Source: Neocallimastix sp. 'constans'
Lineage: Eukaryota
Direction: 5' to 3'
NCBI GenBank assembly: GCA_050613775.1
Contig: JBODTK010000155.1
Span: 62,001-126,000, forward strand
DNA length: 64,000 nucleotides
Shown here: positions 18,001 to 30,879 of the stretch, one piece after another
Numbering within the stretch: the stretch's first letter is position 1
How the letters are laid out: each line of letters opens with the position of its first letter
The notes under the pieces: generated by a model
The model's database searches: none
What the model saw: the letters and a program-made list of their open reading frames with translations, nothing else
Told to the model about the DNA's origin: nothing
Program-made: the position numbers and the translations under genes

Positions 18001-18341
18001 TTTCAAGTCCACTTCCATCTGTAACCTCTACATCTAATTTAACCTCAACTCCTTCACCTTATGAACCATCACTTTATGGAAGTGCCTATTCTTCATCAAG
18101 TATGTATGATCCTTATGATTCCACAAGTCATATAAATACCCAATATGGTAACTTTTCTGAATATAATTTTGGAAATAATCTTAAAGAGAAGGCACAAAAT
18201 AATAAGACACAAGATTATTCCTTATATAGTGGCGGTAGACGTTCAAGTTCAAAATATGATATACCATTTTCTACCTATTCTTCATTTGGTGATAATTTTT
18301 CAAGTTATTATAGTATAAGTCCATCCGCAGTTACTTATTAA
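15063..18341 (+). CDS. Protein phosphatase 1 glycogen-targeting regulatory subunit (CBM21 domain; Gac1/Gip2/PPP1R3-like), 1092 aa, intronless
   Basis: Long ORF with coding-like composition. It has an RVxF-type PP1 docking motif (RKSVNF) upstream of CBM21 signatures VQNLNYEKKVVIRYTVDKWKSF, DRF and RYEVNNNTYWDNN. Confidence 0.88.
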   Translation: MSVIASELSNNLEPFLSKVSKENSVEQIAISSNLSNSLGGFFIFEREPVGAISSSPRYTSNTNAVSIPYSSKYRRSSRIRLGSTNSPSPATANGSISSQSLKESLNKTISSIIENCQEKVILHNNSPSSSFSFTKHSTIIYSPSKTSSSPLSSTSNKSKLSQDNVLTINKIKPNSLSKESKASEITFGLKKKEILSKLRKSSSDDTNLRKVNIRITKEQLLKDKEMKNEPNDIKIEVKEQTKKEEIQKDDIKIDDHLKEDVKKEDIINDVHLKDDIKKGNSSKEDIKKEIVEEIIKKESKTNKEEEKEKDSLESENIKKPIELVEVEENISKLVKVEVEKSVELKKPEEPVKPEVFKVEKKVEKKVEKKIEKKIEKKVKSSEESKIKSLAKLEAKKNKELLQKKKSSHKKTLSLPNILLPLTPLTGMDDANPLPTVRKRRKSVNFSSDKFKSICHFTTTDKPENIRNSKIEVKIDDPESDKKDKEFSDLRNYENAWSPVPRNVIHIQKFKSSKARHVQYELPVNIQSFKLVRSNSEETEDKLTCLKVTLNVQNLNYEKKVVIRYTVDKWKSFKEVEAKYVKCIREATKDEGDGIKGVVGLDRFVARIQVGDYFVLEEKPGHICNLRPTKMLLVARYEVNNNTYWDNNDFTDYHIELVRINAGYDVPRVSKHGKPIPCPGCCMDGKQSNSIDSTGKKIKNNRRTVRKIGGVFGNFTEAVGKNNDHTNFMADKEKTNLYMGMDGIGNKDSSISESKNCNSAVKEVKVLTKEPQSIEDVETSPKKKTIPKKKMNSFEKMMRPDSYGFGCSPSMSGSPMFSMLNSYPISTTCANSSITTTAPANSTVASTNTTTTNTTGPISTKSSSIYSTSSLYGGNTTTPSKYDPPVSTTSSLYQNSMTGMGMSFSSYGSNSSYSSYDVSSHSKYELSPYNGGISYDPSAYSSTSSSLSYATSSSKYNPPNEGYSENKFSKYDPPNYYNKSFSSPLPSVTSTSNLTSTPSPYEPSLYGSAYSSSSMYDPYDSTSHINTQYGNFSEYNFGNNLKEKAQNNKTQDYSLYSGGRRSSSKYDIPFSTYSSFGDNFSSYYSISPSAVTY

Positions 18342-19308
18342 GGAAATTAAAAAATAAAATAAAAAGAAAAAAACAAATAAATACATAAATTATATATATA
18401 TATGTATTTTTTTTTCTAAATTTTTATTTTTATTTTCCTTTTTTTTTTTTTATTATTTTTATTTTTTTTTTTTAATTCTTTCTTATCTTTTCATATTCTT
18501 TTAATTATTAAATTATATATATATATATATATGAAAAGTAAAGTAAAGGTAAAAAAAAAAAAATTATATTAATTTACTGTCACGTTTTACAGAATATTAT
18601 AATTATTATTTTATTTTTAATTTTAATATTTTATATTTTAATATTTTATTATTATATTTTATTATTAGTATATTTTATTATTTTATATCATAATGAGAGA
18701 AAAAAATTTTTGATTAAATATAAATAAATCAATTAAATATATACATGAAGAAAGAAAGAAAAAGAAAGAAAGAAAGAAATTAAGAGAAAAAAAAAAAAAA
18801 AAAAAAAAAAAAAAACAAGAAAAAATAATAAAAGAAGAAAAAAATAATTAAAACAAAACTGAAAAAAAAAAAATAAAAATAAACCAAGAAAAACATAGTA
18901 TAAAAATAAAATAAAAAATAAAATATATAATAATAATATATAGAATATAGAATTTAGAATATAAAATATAAAATATAAAATAACAATATAATAAAATAAA
19001 ATAAAATAATAATTATAATATAAATATAAATATAAATATAAATATAAATATAATACATACAATAATTAAATTACTAAATTTGCTTTTTTTTTTTTAAAAA
19101 AAAATATTTTGTCCGGTCCGATTAAATTGAAATTAAAATAAATAATAATAATAATCATAATAATAATAATAATAAAAGAAAGAAAAAAAAAAAAAAAAAT
19201 TTAGAGAAAAAAAAAAAAAATCAATTTATATACATGTGTATATATATATTCTTTTATATGTGTATGTGTATGTGTATGTGTGTGTATTTTATCCCACTAC
19301 TTCTATTA

Positions 19309-19344
<36 letters not shown>

Positions 19345-19888
19345 AATATATATATATATATATATATAATGCTTTTTGATAAAATTTTTAAAAAATTGTG
19401 ATATGGTGTAGATATTGGAAATTAGAAATTTTTTTTTAAAAAAAAAAAAAAAGGTTGTGGTGGTCTCTTTGTAGACGATCGTCTTTACTTATGGGTACCA
19501 TCACCATTTTTTTTTTTTTTTTTTTTTTTTAACGGCAGCAAACTTGTTTCATCTTTATTAATTAAATATTTGATAAAATACATGTAATAAAATAATAAAA
19601 AAAAAAAAAGATAAAAAAATAAACAAAAAATAAAACACAAAATAAAAATAAAATAAAATAATGGTATAATATATTCTAGTTTCATTTAATTAATATTTGT
19701 AAGACTTCACAAGGGCATTATTATACTGAAGTATAATAATTAAATTTTTGACTTCGCAATGTTAATCATAATTTTAAGATACAAAATTATGATCTTCATT
19801 GGTTGCGCTAGCCCTGCTGGTCTGTCTTTCACCACCAACTGAAACTAAAAATGAACACTATCCTCCTTTGTCTTTGTAATTTAACATA

Positions 19889-19941
<53 letters not shown>

Positions 19942-19986
19942 AAAAGAAAAAATTAATGTAAAATTAAATATAAAACTTTATCATAT

Positions 19987-20054
<68 letters not shown>

Positions 20055-20452
20055 CAAAATACTTTTAATTTCAATATTAATAAATAAAAATATTACATAT
20101 ATATTTTATATATTGCTATTTTCTTTATTATTATTATTTTATTTTTTATTTTTTATTTTATTTTATTTTTATTATATAAATGTATCTGTACTTTTTTTTT
20201 TTTTTTTTTTTTTTCCAAAAAAAAAAAAAAAAGTGTATGAATTATTTTATTATATATTCTTAAATAATAACAATAATACAAAAATAGAATAAAAGAAAAA
20301 AAAAAAAAAAGGGTAACATGGTAAAAAGAAAATTTTTAATAAATAAGAAAAAAAAAATATTTTTTTTTTTATTCTCTTCTAAAATAAAATAGTAAAAAGT
20401 ATATAATAAATGATATAAATGATAGTTTATTTTTTTTTTAATAGTTTTTTAT

Positions 20453-20514
<62 letters not shown>

Positions 20515-20895
20515 CTTTTTCTTTTTCTTTTTTGGAAAAAAGAAAAAAAAAAGTAAATGCAAGAAATAATATTTGTTTATTATATATTAAAAAATTTATG
20601 AGTGATGATAATAAGGATATATATAAGTAAAAAAAAAAAAAAAAAAAGGTGATAGAATTATTTTTTATTTTTTTAAAGCATATTTTCCCATCTTTTTTTT
20701 TTTTTTTTTTAAAAAAAAAAATATTGAATTTATATAAATATTGGTTAAAAATACTATATATATATTTCATATTCGCCTAATATGATAAATTATTCTTTTT
20801 TTTTTCTTCTTTTTTAATTCTTTTAGGAATTAATAGAAACTGGATATCTTCTTTTTTTTTTTGGTTTTAATATTTTCGTCTATATTTATTTATTT

Positions 20896-21117
20896 TTATG
20901 ACATATCCATACTATTATCTAAATAGTCAGAGTTTATTTTTTGTCTTCCAACCATTGGATATAATTCATAGTTATATTGACAGAATGGGCTAACACAAGA
21001 AGGAAGGAAATTAGGAACGTTTGGCGAAGGTGAAGAAGAAGTAGAAGGGCTACCCTTTGGTATAATTGGCATGGCGTTTAAAGTTAAAGATTGAAAATGA
21101 TTTTGTAATTCTTCCAT
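20896..21117 (-). CDS. Small Ser/Pro-rich hypothetical protein, 73 aa
   Basis: The ORF coincides with a GC-enriched island in otherwise extremely AT-rich DNA and translates to non-repetitive sequence. No family recognised. Confidence 0.55.
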   Translation of the reverse strand: MEELQNHFQSLTLNAMPIIPKGSPSTSSSPSPNVPNFLPSCVSPFCQYNYELYPMVGRQKINSDYLDNSMDMS

Positions 21118-22431
21118 GGGAGTTGCTTATATAGTTTTATATATATAAATGATTAAAAAAAAAAATAATAAATAAACTTTTTTTTTTCTTTATTCTATAA
21201 AAGGAATATAACTAATATCCTATAATAATTATAATAAAAAATATATAATAATATTATATTAGTATTATTTTTATTTTCATTTATTTTCCAAAAAAAAAAA
21301 AGCTTTTGTTAGTTTTTATATTAAAGATATCAATTAATGGTTAATTTATTTATTAATTATTCTTTTTTTTATTATTATTATTATAGGTAATAAATATATT
21401 GTATCAAAAATAAATATAGATATAATAATCTAAAAAAATTAAGAACTAAATAAATATATATATCACTGAACATTATATTGTAACAATGTAACATAATATT
21501 TACCTTTTATTCTTTTAATACTATAGATCTCTTCTAAAAAAAAATACGATATATAATATTTTTTTTTTTGTATTATTTTTTTAAACTTCCTTCTTTATTC
21601 TTATATATTATTTTTAATATTTAATAATAAAATAAATAAAAAAATAAAATTTTTAATATTATTTTATTATTTATTAGTAATATATTAAATATAATGATAT
21701 AAAATAAATAAAAAAAAATTAAAAACTAAAAATAAAAAGTTTAAACTCTTTTTTATTTTTAAAGTTTGAATATATATTTTTTTAAAATAAAATACAATAT
21801 AATTAATTTTATATATTTCAATATATTTTAATATATGAAGTTTACGAGACTTTTTTTATTTTGGTATATTCAAAATTAATTTTTTTTCATTTCAAAATGA
21901 TAAAATTTTCAGATGATAATTTAATTACAAAATATTACAAAATAGTTTATACAATATAAATAATATATTATTATTAAATGGTAAATATTATTGTAATATA
22001 TTAAATAATATATTATAAAATGATGAAATATATCATTTATTTATTAATTAAAATTATAAAATGATGACAAAAAAATTAATAAATTTATTCTATTTATCTA
22101 AATAAATAAATTGAATAAATAATAGAAATAATTAAATAATAAATAATGGAATATTAAATAATTAAATAATTAAATAATTAAATAATAAATAATTGAATAA
22201 TTAAGTAATAAATAATAAATAATAAGTAATAAATAATTGAATAATTAAGTAATAAATAATAAATAATAAATAATAAATAATATATAATTAAATGATAAAT
22301 GATAAATAATAAATAATAAATTAATAAAAATATTATGATGGCAAATATTTAGTAATAAATAATCAATAATAAATATTATTCTTTAAGTGTTATTAATAAA
22401 ATAATAATAAATAATAATAATAATAATAATA

Positions 22432-22468
<37 letters not shown>

Positions 22469-23232
22469 GCCTACTCAATAATGAAAATATAATATTTAGA
22501 AATTAATAATTCAATTATTATATATATTGTTTCTTTTTCTTCTTTTTCTTGCTATTTCTTATTTATTATTTTAAGGAAGTAAAAAGTTCATAAAAGTAGT
22601 ATCAATATTAAATTTTTTTATTTATCATTTCTATTTAATTATTAATAATAGAAGAATATTAATGTTTTTCATGGTTTTACTATTTTCATAAGCAAGCAAT
22701 AATTTTATAGAGTTCTATAATAAAAAATAAAATAAAAAATAAAGAATAAATAATTAAAAGCTATTTAAAAAAAAGATGAAAATAAAAAACAAAAAACAAA
22801 AATAAAATAAAAAAAAAATTTTTTTTAAATTTAAATTTTAAGGAATTTTTTTTCTTTTCAATGATTGAATTAAATATATTATTATATATGACTCTTATAT
22901 GAATACAATATATTGAAATCGACTGTACAGTAAAAATTAAATCAATTGAAAATATTATTATAATAAAATAGAAATAAAAAAAAAGGACTAATATTTAATA
23001 TATTTTCCATATATTTTCATTACAGTTTAATTTATTGGCAATCCTTAAATTTCTTTTAAATTTTAAAAATTATACTCAACTAATATATTGTAATGTATTA
23101 TTTAATATATATTAAAAATCTATTTGCTCTTTGCTTTTTAAGGAAATTTTAAAAAAAAGTACCAATATAAATTTAATATATTCTATATTCTAGAGTTGAT
23201 ATAGAATATAATTTAGTAACACATAAATATGA

Positions 23233-23354
<122 letters not shown>

Positions 23355-25249
23355 AAATAAATAGTATAACTAAAGTATCTAAACTATAGTATCAATAATA
23401 ATAATAATAATAATAGAAGATATTTAATAATAATAATAATAATAATAATAAAAGGCTCAAAAAATATAAAATATTTAAATTTTCTAATAATTATTATTGT
23501 AGTTTTTTAAAACTTTTTCTTTCTATTCCTTTTATTTACTAGGGTTGTTGGTCATCCTAAGAAATATTGCAATTTTTTTTTTTTTTTGTTTGTTGGTTGA
23601 TAGTTTAATATACACATAAATGGAGATTTATTATTATTATTATTATTATTTAATTAAATAAATAAATAAGTAGATAAATAAATTAGCTAATTATATATCA
23701 GATGTTTAAATATTAATATTTATTTTCAAATTTATACAAATATATATAAATATAAATTTAAATATATATTTATATGATATTTTTATAAAATAAAAATTAA
23801 AATGAAGAGATATTAGATATACTTATAATGAAAACAAATATGAAAAAAAAAAAAAATATATATAATTAATAATTTAGTTGATTAATAAGAAGTATTAATT
23901 AATTAAAATGGTAAACTATGGCCAGCGGATCTATCATATTACACAGGTATGATATGTAAAAATTTTAAAGTAAAATAATTTTAAAAGTCATTATCATAAG
24001 TGATTGAATAAAGATAAATCAATAATCATATTTGATAATCGATTAATAATCGATTAATAAATTATTCATTATTATAATTAGTATTACTAAATTTAAATGC
24101 AAAAAATAAAGTAATGATAATAATGACCCTGAACGACATGTGATGAATGCAAAAAAAAAAGTTTTTATTTTTTAAAATATATAATTAATCTTTAAAAAAA
24201 TATATATATATATATATTATTTATTGTTATTATTATTTAAATATCATATTAAAAATTTAAATATTATCATTTTTTTTCTTTTGTTTAAGTATATATCAAT
24301 GGCAGTTAATTTTTATCTGATATTTTGAATTTATTTAATTAGATATTGATATGGCTTTTGTCTTAAAATAATAATAACTACAAACTGTTCAATTTTAATT
24401 TAAATTAAATTTATAAAAATACGGATTTAAAAAAAAAAAATAAAAAAATAAAAAAGATTTCTAAATTGCTGAAAAAAATTTTGTTAATTAGTAATGAACA
24501 TATTTATATAAATGTATTTATTAAATAATGAATATATAATTTTTAAATATACTAAGGAAATATAAACTTTTAATATAATCATTATTAAACTTTTTCTTGT
24601 ATTTTTATTATTATTAATTTAATATTATTACATAAATAATTTTGTTTTCTATCATATGTTGCACTATAGATTACAATCGTCCAACAAAATCTCAATATCA
24701 TATAAAAAAAGTAAAAATGTTAAAAACATAAATATATATATATATATATATAATTAAGAAAATAACAAAATATAAAAAATAATAAAATAAAATAAAATAA
24801 AATAAAATAAAAAATTCAAAATAAAATTTTAAACTTATTTAAATTTTTTATATTTGATTCCATAGTTTATTTTCCTATGATAATACCTTTACAAATGCAT
24901 ATTCTGTAAATATTTATATATACGACATAAAAGATTGAGTTTTAAAATTTTCATTAATCATTAAAGTTTGATTTATAATGATTATTATTTTTAATATATA
25001 AGGATAACCTTTAATATAAATCTTTTAATTTTATATGAAATTTATCAAATTTTTATAAGTAAAAAGCTATAATATTTTCATTTTTTAATTTTTGAAATAG
25101 TTATTAATATTATATAAATATATTTATATATATTATATATATATTTTTTTTTTTTTGTGGATTAAAAATTGAATATACTCCAAATTATTCCTAAATAATT
25201 ATAATAATAATAAATAAAATAATATATAATATATAATAAATAATTAAAT

Positions 25250-25715
25250 AATAAATAATATATAATATATAATAAAATAATAAATAATAAATAATAAATA
25301 ATAAATAATAAATAATAAATAATAAATAATAAATAATAAATAATAAATAATAAATAATAAATAATAAATAATAAATAATAAATAATAAATAATAAATAAT
25401 AAAAAATAAATAATAAAAAATAAATAATAAATAATAAATAATAAATAATAAATAATAAATAATAAATAATAAATAATAAATAATAAATAATAAATAATAA
25501 ATAATAAATAATAAATAATAAATAATAAATAATAAATAATAAATAATAAATAATAAATAATAAATAATAAATAATAAATAATAAATAATAAATAATAAAT
25601 AATAAATAATAAATAATAAATAATAAATAATAAATAATAAATAATAAATAATAAATAAATAATAAATAAATAATAAATAATAAATAATAATTAATAAATA
25701 ATAAATAATAAATTA
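25250..25715. repeat. (AATAAAT)n heptamer tandem repeat
   Basis: Visible 7-bp periodicity; it gives the spurious YYLLFII ORF. Confidence 0.9.
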
Positions 25716-26213
25716 TTAATATTTTCATGATCATTAAATATATAATTATAATATAGTGAAAATTTTAATTTATAAATAATGTCTCCAAGAAAGATTCAAC
25801 TATTTTTATAGAACATTCAATAAATTACAATTAATATATATAATTTAAGATTAATAATCTATATAAATGTCTATTTACATGTAATACTTAATTCAAAAAA
25901 ACTTGTATTTTAATTAGTAAATAAAGAAATCTTTGAATTAATAATATTACACATTTTAATTAAATATATATATACTAATGTTAATACGTAGTTACGGTTT
26001 CATTCATTTCTCTTATTTTATTTTTATTTTTTATTTTTAATTACTATGATATTTTAATAGAGATTAGAATAAATATTTAATGTTATAATAAAATTAATAT
26101 ATATATAATATAAATATTAATTTTAATTTAGATGATATATGTATTGATAAAAAACTATAATAATTAATAAAAAATAAAAGTTATTTGAATAGAAATGATT
26201 ATTAAATGAAAAT

Positions 26214-26264
<51 letters not shown>

Positions 26265-26470
26265 TATTATTATTAAATATTAGTAATGAATTAGAAATAC
26301 AATTTTTATAATAACTTATGGAGAAAAAAAAACTAGTATTATTTTTTAATTATTCTAATTAGTAGTAAAAATATTAAAATAGTAATATGCTTTAAAAATA
26401 TGGTGAAATTTTATTTATAACGGTTAATCTTTTCCATAAATTTTAATATTAATAAAGTAAAAATAATAAT

Positions 26471-26895
26471 ATATTTAGTTATTAGCAACATAAAGATATT
26501 TTTTATTTTTCAATGCTACTATTTAACAATAATTAATCTTAAAATAATAATTATTAAAAATAAAAATTTAATCTCTCTCTCTCTCTATATATATATATAT
26601 CGATTTTAAAAAGTTTTCACTTTTTAGCTAAATAAATATATTCATACAATTCTAATTTATAAATATATTTTAATATATAAATAGCTATATATTTAGTTAT
26701 TTATTAGTGTCATTAAAGATTTTTTTATTTTCAATGTTATCTACAATTAATCTTAATCATAATTATTACTAAAATAAAAATAATAAAAATAAAAGTTAAA
26801 TATATATATATATATATATATATATAGATTTTAAAAGTTTTCACTTTTTAGCTAAATTAATATATATACATATAATTCTAATTTATAAATATTTT
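26471..26895. repeat. Diverged tandem duplication, about 215-bp unit x2
   Basis: Both copies share atatttagttat, taaagat(a)ttttttatttt(t)caatg, aattaatcttaa, gattttaaaa(a)gttttcactttttagctaaat and aattctaatttataaatat. Confidence 0.8.
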
Positions 26896-27052
26896 TTTAA
26901 ATAAATAAAAAAAAAAGAATATTAATCTTAATCTATTTTAATATGAAGTATAGATTTTTTTTATAATTAATAATATTATAAGTTGTTTATAATTAATAAT
27001 ATTAAAAGTTGTATATATATTAGAAACTAATATATTTATGAATACTTTTACA

Positions 27053-27085
<33 letters not shown>

Positions 27086-27613
27086 TTAAGATAAACAATA
27101 TTGAATATAATTAATAGTATAAAATTTTTTATTTAAATATAATTATTATATTAATTATTTTAATGATAATTATTTTTATTGTCTAAATAGAAATTAAATG
27201 TTATTTATTATGAAAAACGACAAAAACAACTACAACAATAAAAAAAATTCTATTATGAATTTAATGAAAAATGATTATAATTTTATTCTAATTTACATAT
27301 TTAAATTGAAATAGAATTATCTAATTTATATAAGTAACTTAATAGCAGATTTAAATATAATAAAAAAAAATAACTTGATATATATTAATAATAATAATAA
27401 AAAAAAAAAATAAAATAAAATAAAACAATATATATTTCGTATAAGTGTTTTCAGATTTTGAATCGTTTGTTAACATTTATAGGATCTAATAAAAAAAAAT
27501 TTTAGAGATTTAAATTTATATACAACGTAAATTAATGGAAAAATTAAATAGAAAATTTAAAAATGAATTTATGATTTTAATTTTAATAATTAAATAATTA
27601 AATATATATTATA

Positions 27614-27644
<31 letters not shown>

Positions 27645-28726
27645 AAGAATATAATATTAATAATATAAAAAAGTTTTTTTTTTTTTTTTTTTTATTTTTA
27701 TTAATATTTTTGGTTAATTATTTAATTAATAGTAGCTTGATTAAGTTTAATTTATTATGGTTTTATATAGATGACCGAAAGTTCTATATTTTAAAATTAT
27801 TTTTTTAAAACTATGTTAACATAAAAAGTTTATGTTAACTAAAATACTGAAATGGTTTGTAATTTTTAAGAATGTGTTAGGGGAGTGTGCATTTCGAAAA
27901 TTTTTATTACAAAAATTTGTATTTTGTTGTATGGCTTAAATATTTTTAATTTTAAGCCACTTAATTTTATTAAAAATTTAATGAATAATAATTAATTAAT
28001 TAAATAAATAAAATTACAATTCTCAAAAATTTTCAAATACGTAATCTTTCGTGGGGCGTATATCTATTTGTATCATAATTTTGTGGCTTTTTTCTACAAT
28101 TTTTAAAAAGCCATATACTCACAATATGGCGTGAATAATAAATGTGGTAATATTTTATGACGAAATTTTATAAGCCACCAAGAATTTAGTGAAATTCAAC
28201 TGGACGAAATTCAACTTTTGGCGAAATACAACACTTCAATTAATAATAATTAGGTTAGGTATTTCTATTTAACATTGAAAAATAAAATAAAAAATGAATA
28301 AACATTTTTTTTTTTTGCTTAAAAAATAAAATAAAAATAAGAAATAAGAAAACTTTTTTTTAAACATTGAAAAATAAAATAAAAATAAATAAAATAAAAA
28401 TAAATTAACATTTTATTTTTTAATGCTTAAAAAATAAAAAAAAAAAAAATAAGAAATAAGAAAACTTCTTTTTTAAACATTAAAAAATAAAATAAAAATA
28501 AATAAAATTTTATTTTTTAAGCATTAAAAAATAAAAAAAATAAAATAAAATAAATAAATAAAATAGTAAATAGTAAATAAAGAAATAATAAATAATTAAT
28601 AATTAAATAATTATTTAAATAATTATATAATTAATTAAAAAAAGGTTTATTATTTTAAATATTAAAAAAAAAAAAAGTTTCAAAGTATATTTATTAAAAT
28701 ATTTTATTGAAAAATTTTAATTATTA

Positions 28727-30164
28727 ATGAAAGACAATATAGAAATTGAAATAAGTGAAACAAATCGAGGAAATAAACAAATTATTATTAATAAAAAACA
28801 CAAATTTAATTTTTCATTTCAAAGGAAAGATAAATCAAAAATTTATAGATGCACTGAATATAAGACTTTAAATAAATGTAAATCTTTAATTATTTTAAAT
28901 GATAAAAAGGAGGTTTTAAAATATGAAAGTTTACATAACCATCTCGAAAAAGAAATTGATGTGTCTATATCAGTAGCAAAGCATAAAATTAAGGAAGAAA
29001 TTAAGAAAAATTCAATTCCTATGGATATAAAACCTAAACATATATTTAATGCCGTTTCTCAAGAAATGGGACTAATATGTCCCGAATATAGTACAATTAG
29101 ATCCCAAATAATAAGAAATATAAATAAACAATTTCCTCCAAACATAAAAAGTTTTGATGATATTCCCATTGAATCAGAATATTATAAAGCGAAAAGAAAT
29201 GAAAATTTTATGATATTTAAAAATACTGATCTAATAATCTTTCAATCACCATTCCAAGCATATTTATTTTCTAATTGTCATAAAAATATATTTGCGGACG
29301 GTACATTTTATGCAGCACCGAAATTTAGTTATCAGTTATTTATAACAAGAACTTATGTTGGGGAATTTAATATGTTTTACACTACTTCCATTTCTATATT
29401 AAAAAATAAAAAACAATCTACATATGAAACATTATTTAAAGAAATAAAAAAAAAATGCAAATAAATTTAGGAGTAATACATTAATTACTACAATTAATTT
29501 TCATTGTGATTTTGAACAAGGTATATCTAATGCCGAAAAAAAAGTTTTTCCCAATATAAATATTAAATATTGTGTTTGGCATTACAAAAGATCATTAGAA
29601 AAACAAAAAAATATATTATGTTATCATGAAGTGAAGAATAATAATGATGTATATATTTATTATAAAGCTATTTCGAACTTACCGTTTATAAACCCTAACT
29701 ATATATTTGATATTTATATTATAATAAATAGAATTTGTCAAAAAAAAAAGTATAATAATTTTCTGCAATTTTAAGAATATTTTAATAAAAATTATTTACT
29801 TAAGTATAATGTAAATAATTGGAATTATTATGAAAATATAGAGCATTTAACAAACAATGCATCAGAATCTTATAATAGCTACTTAAATAATATATTTCCA
29901 AATAAACCTTTATTTTATAAATTAATATATATATTAAAAGAAGAAGAAAACTTATCTTATAATGATTATCAAAGGAGAACTAAAGGAAATTGGAAAAAAA
30001 AGCAAAAAATATTTAGTGCAACTGATGAAATTAAAATTTTAATTGAAAATTACAAAAGTAAGGAAATAAATTTATTTTATAATGAATGCAACAGAAATGA
30101 ATTAGTTAAATTATGGAAAGAATGTTTAGTTGATTTAAACGATATAAATATTAATTTAAAATAA
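28727..30164 (+). pseudogene. MULE/MuDR DDE transposase with N-terminal FLYWCH/WRKY-like zinc finger; disrupted
   Basis: Motifs YRC..C..HNH, IFADGTF (D1), FHCDFE (D2), CVWH (CxxH) and TNNASESYN (E). One extra A in the A10 run at 29446-29455 shifts the frame, and there is an in-frame TAA at 29772-29774. The natural stop is at 30162-30164. Confidence 0.9.
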
Positions 30165-30879
30165 ATAATCTTAATTTAAAAAAATGCTAGAAAAATAAAA
30201 ATTTATTTATTTTAAATTTATATTTATAATCGTTTAAATAATAATTAAATAATCTTAATTTAAAAAAATGCTAGAAAAATACAAATTTATTTACCTATTG
30301 TGTTTATTTAATAATCTTAATAGAAATTATCTTTTAGTTATTTTTATTAAGTAATTTATAACTAAAACCGATTTATTTGATACTATTTAAAATTTTATTA
30401 ATATCAATATCAATATTATATAATTATAAATTTTATTAATATAAATATTATATAATTATAAATTTTATTAATATCAATATCAATATTATATAATTATAAA
30501 TTTTATTAATATCTTTATTAAATTTATATTTTAATAATAATTGATTCATATTGATCAAACATTATAAATATTACTATGCAAATAATTAATTATTTTAATA
30601 GGATCAATTATTCAACTCTTATTGTTTTAATTTTTAATTCTTATATCATTTAAATTAATATATATATATATCGTTTATGAAAATATGAATTATAAATAAT
30701 TAAAATTATTTACTTTTCATTTAAATTTTTTTATTTACTATAATAAAATATAATAATTAAAAGACAAACGTTATTATAACTAAATTTTTTTTTTTTTAAA
30801 AAAATAAATGAAAAAAAATTAAAATATATAAGATTCCTATATATATAAAATAATTATTATATTTTTTTTTATTTAATTT

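Noticed and set aside
19760..19800. SECIS element on the minus strand (aatgaag + hairpin)
   Set aside because: No matching GA on the 3' side of the stem, and no in-frame UGA ORF upstream.
23908..24150. Possible mini-exon MVNYGQRIYHITQ followed by gtatga
   Set aside because: No in-frame downstream exon could be found; the nearest acceptor leads straight into a stop.
25162..25734. 190-aa YYLLFII ORF (similarly 53068-53470)
   Set aside because: Simple-repeat translation.
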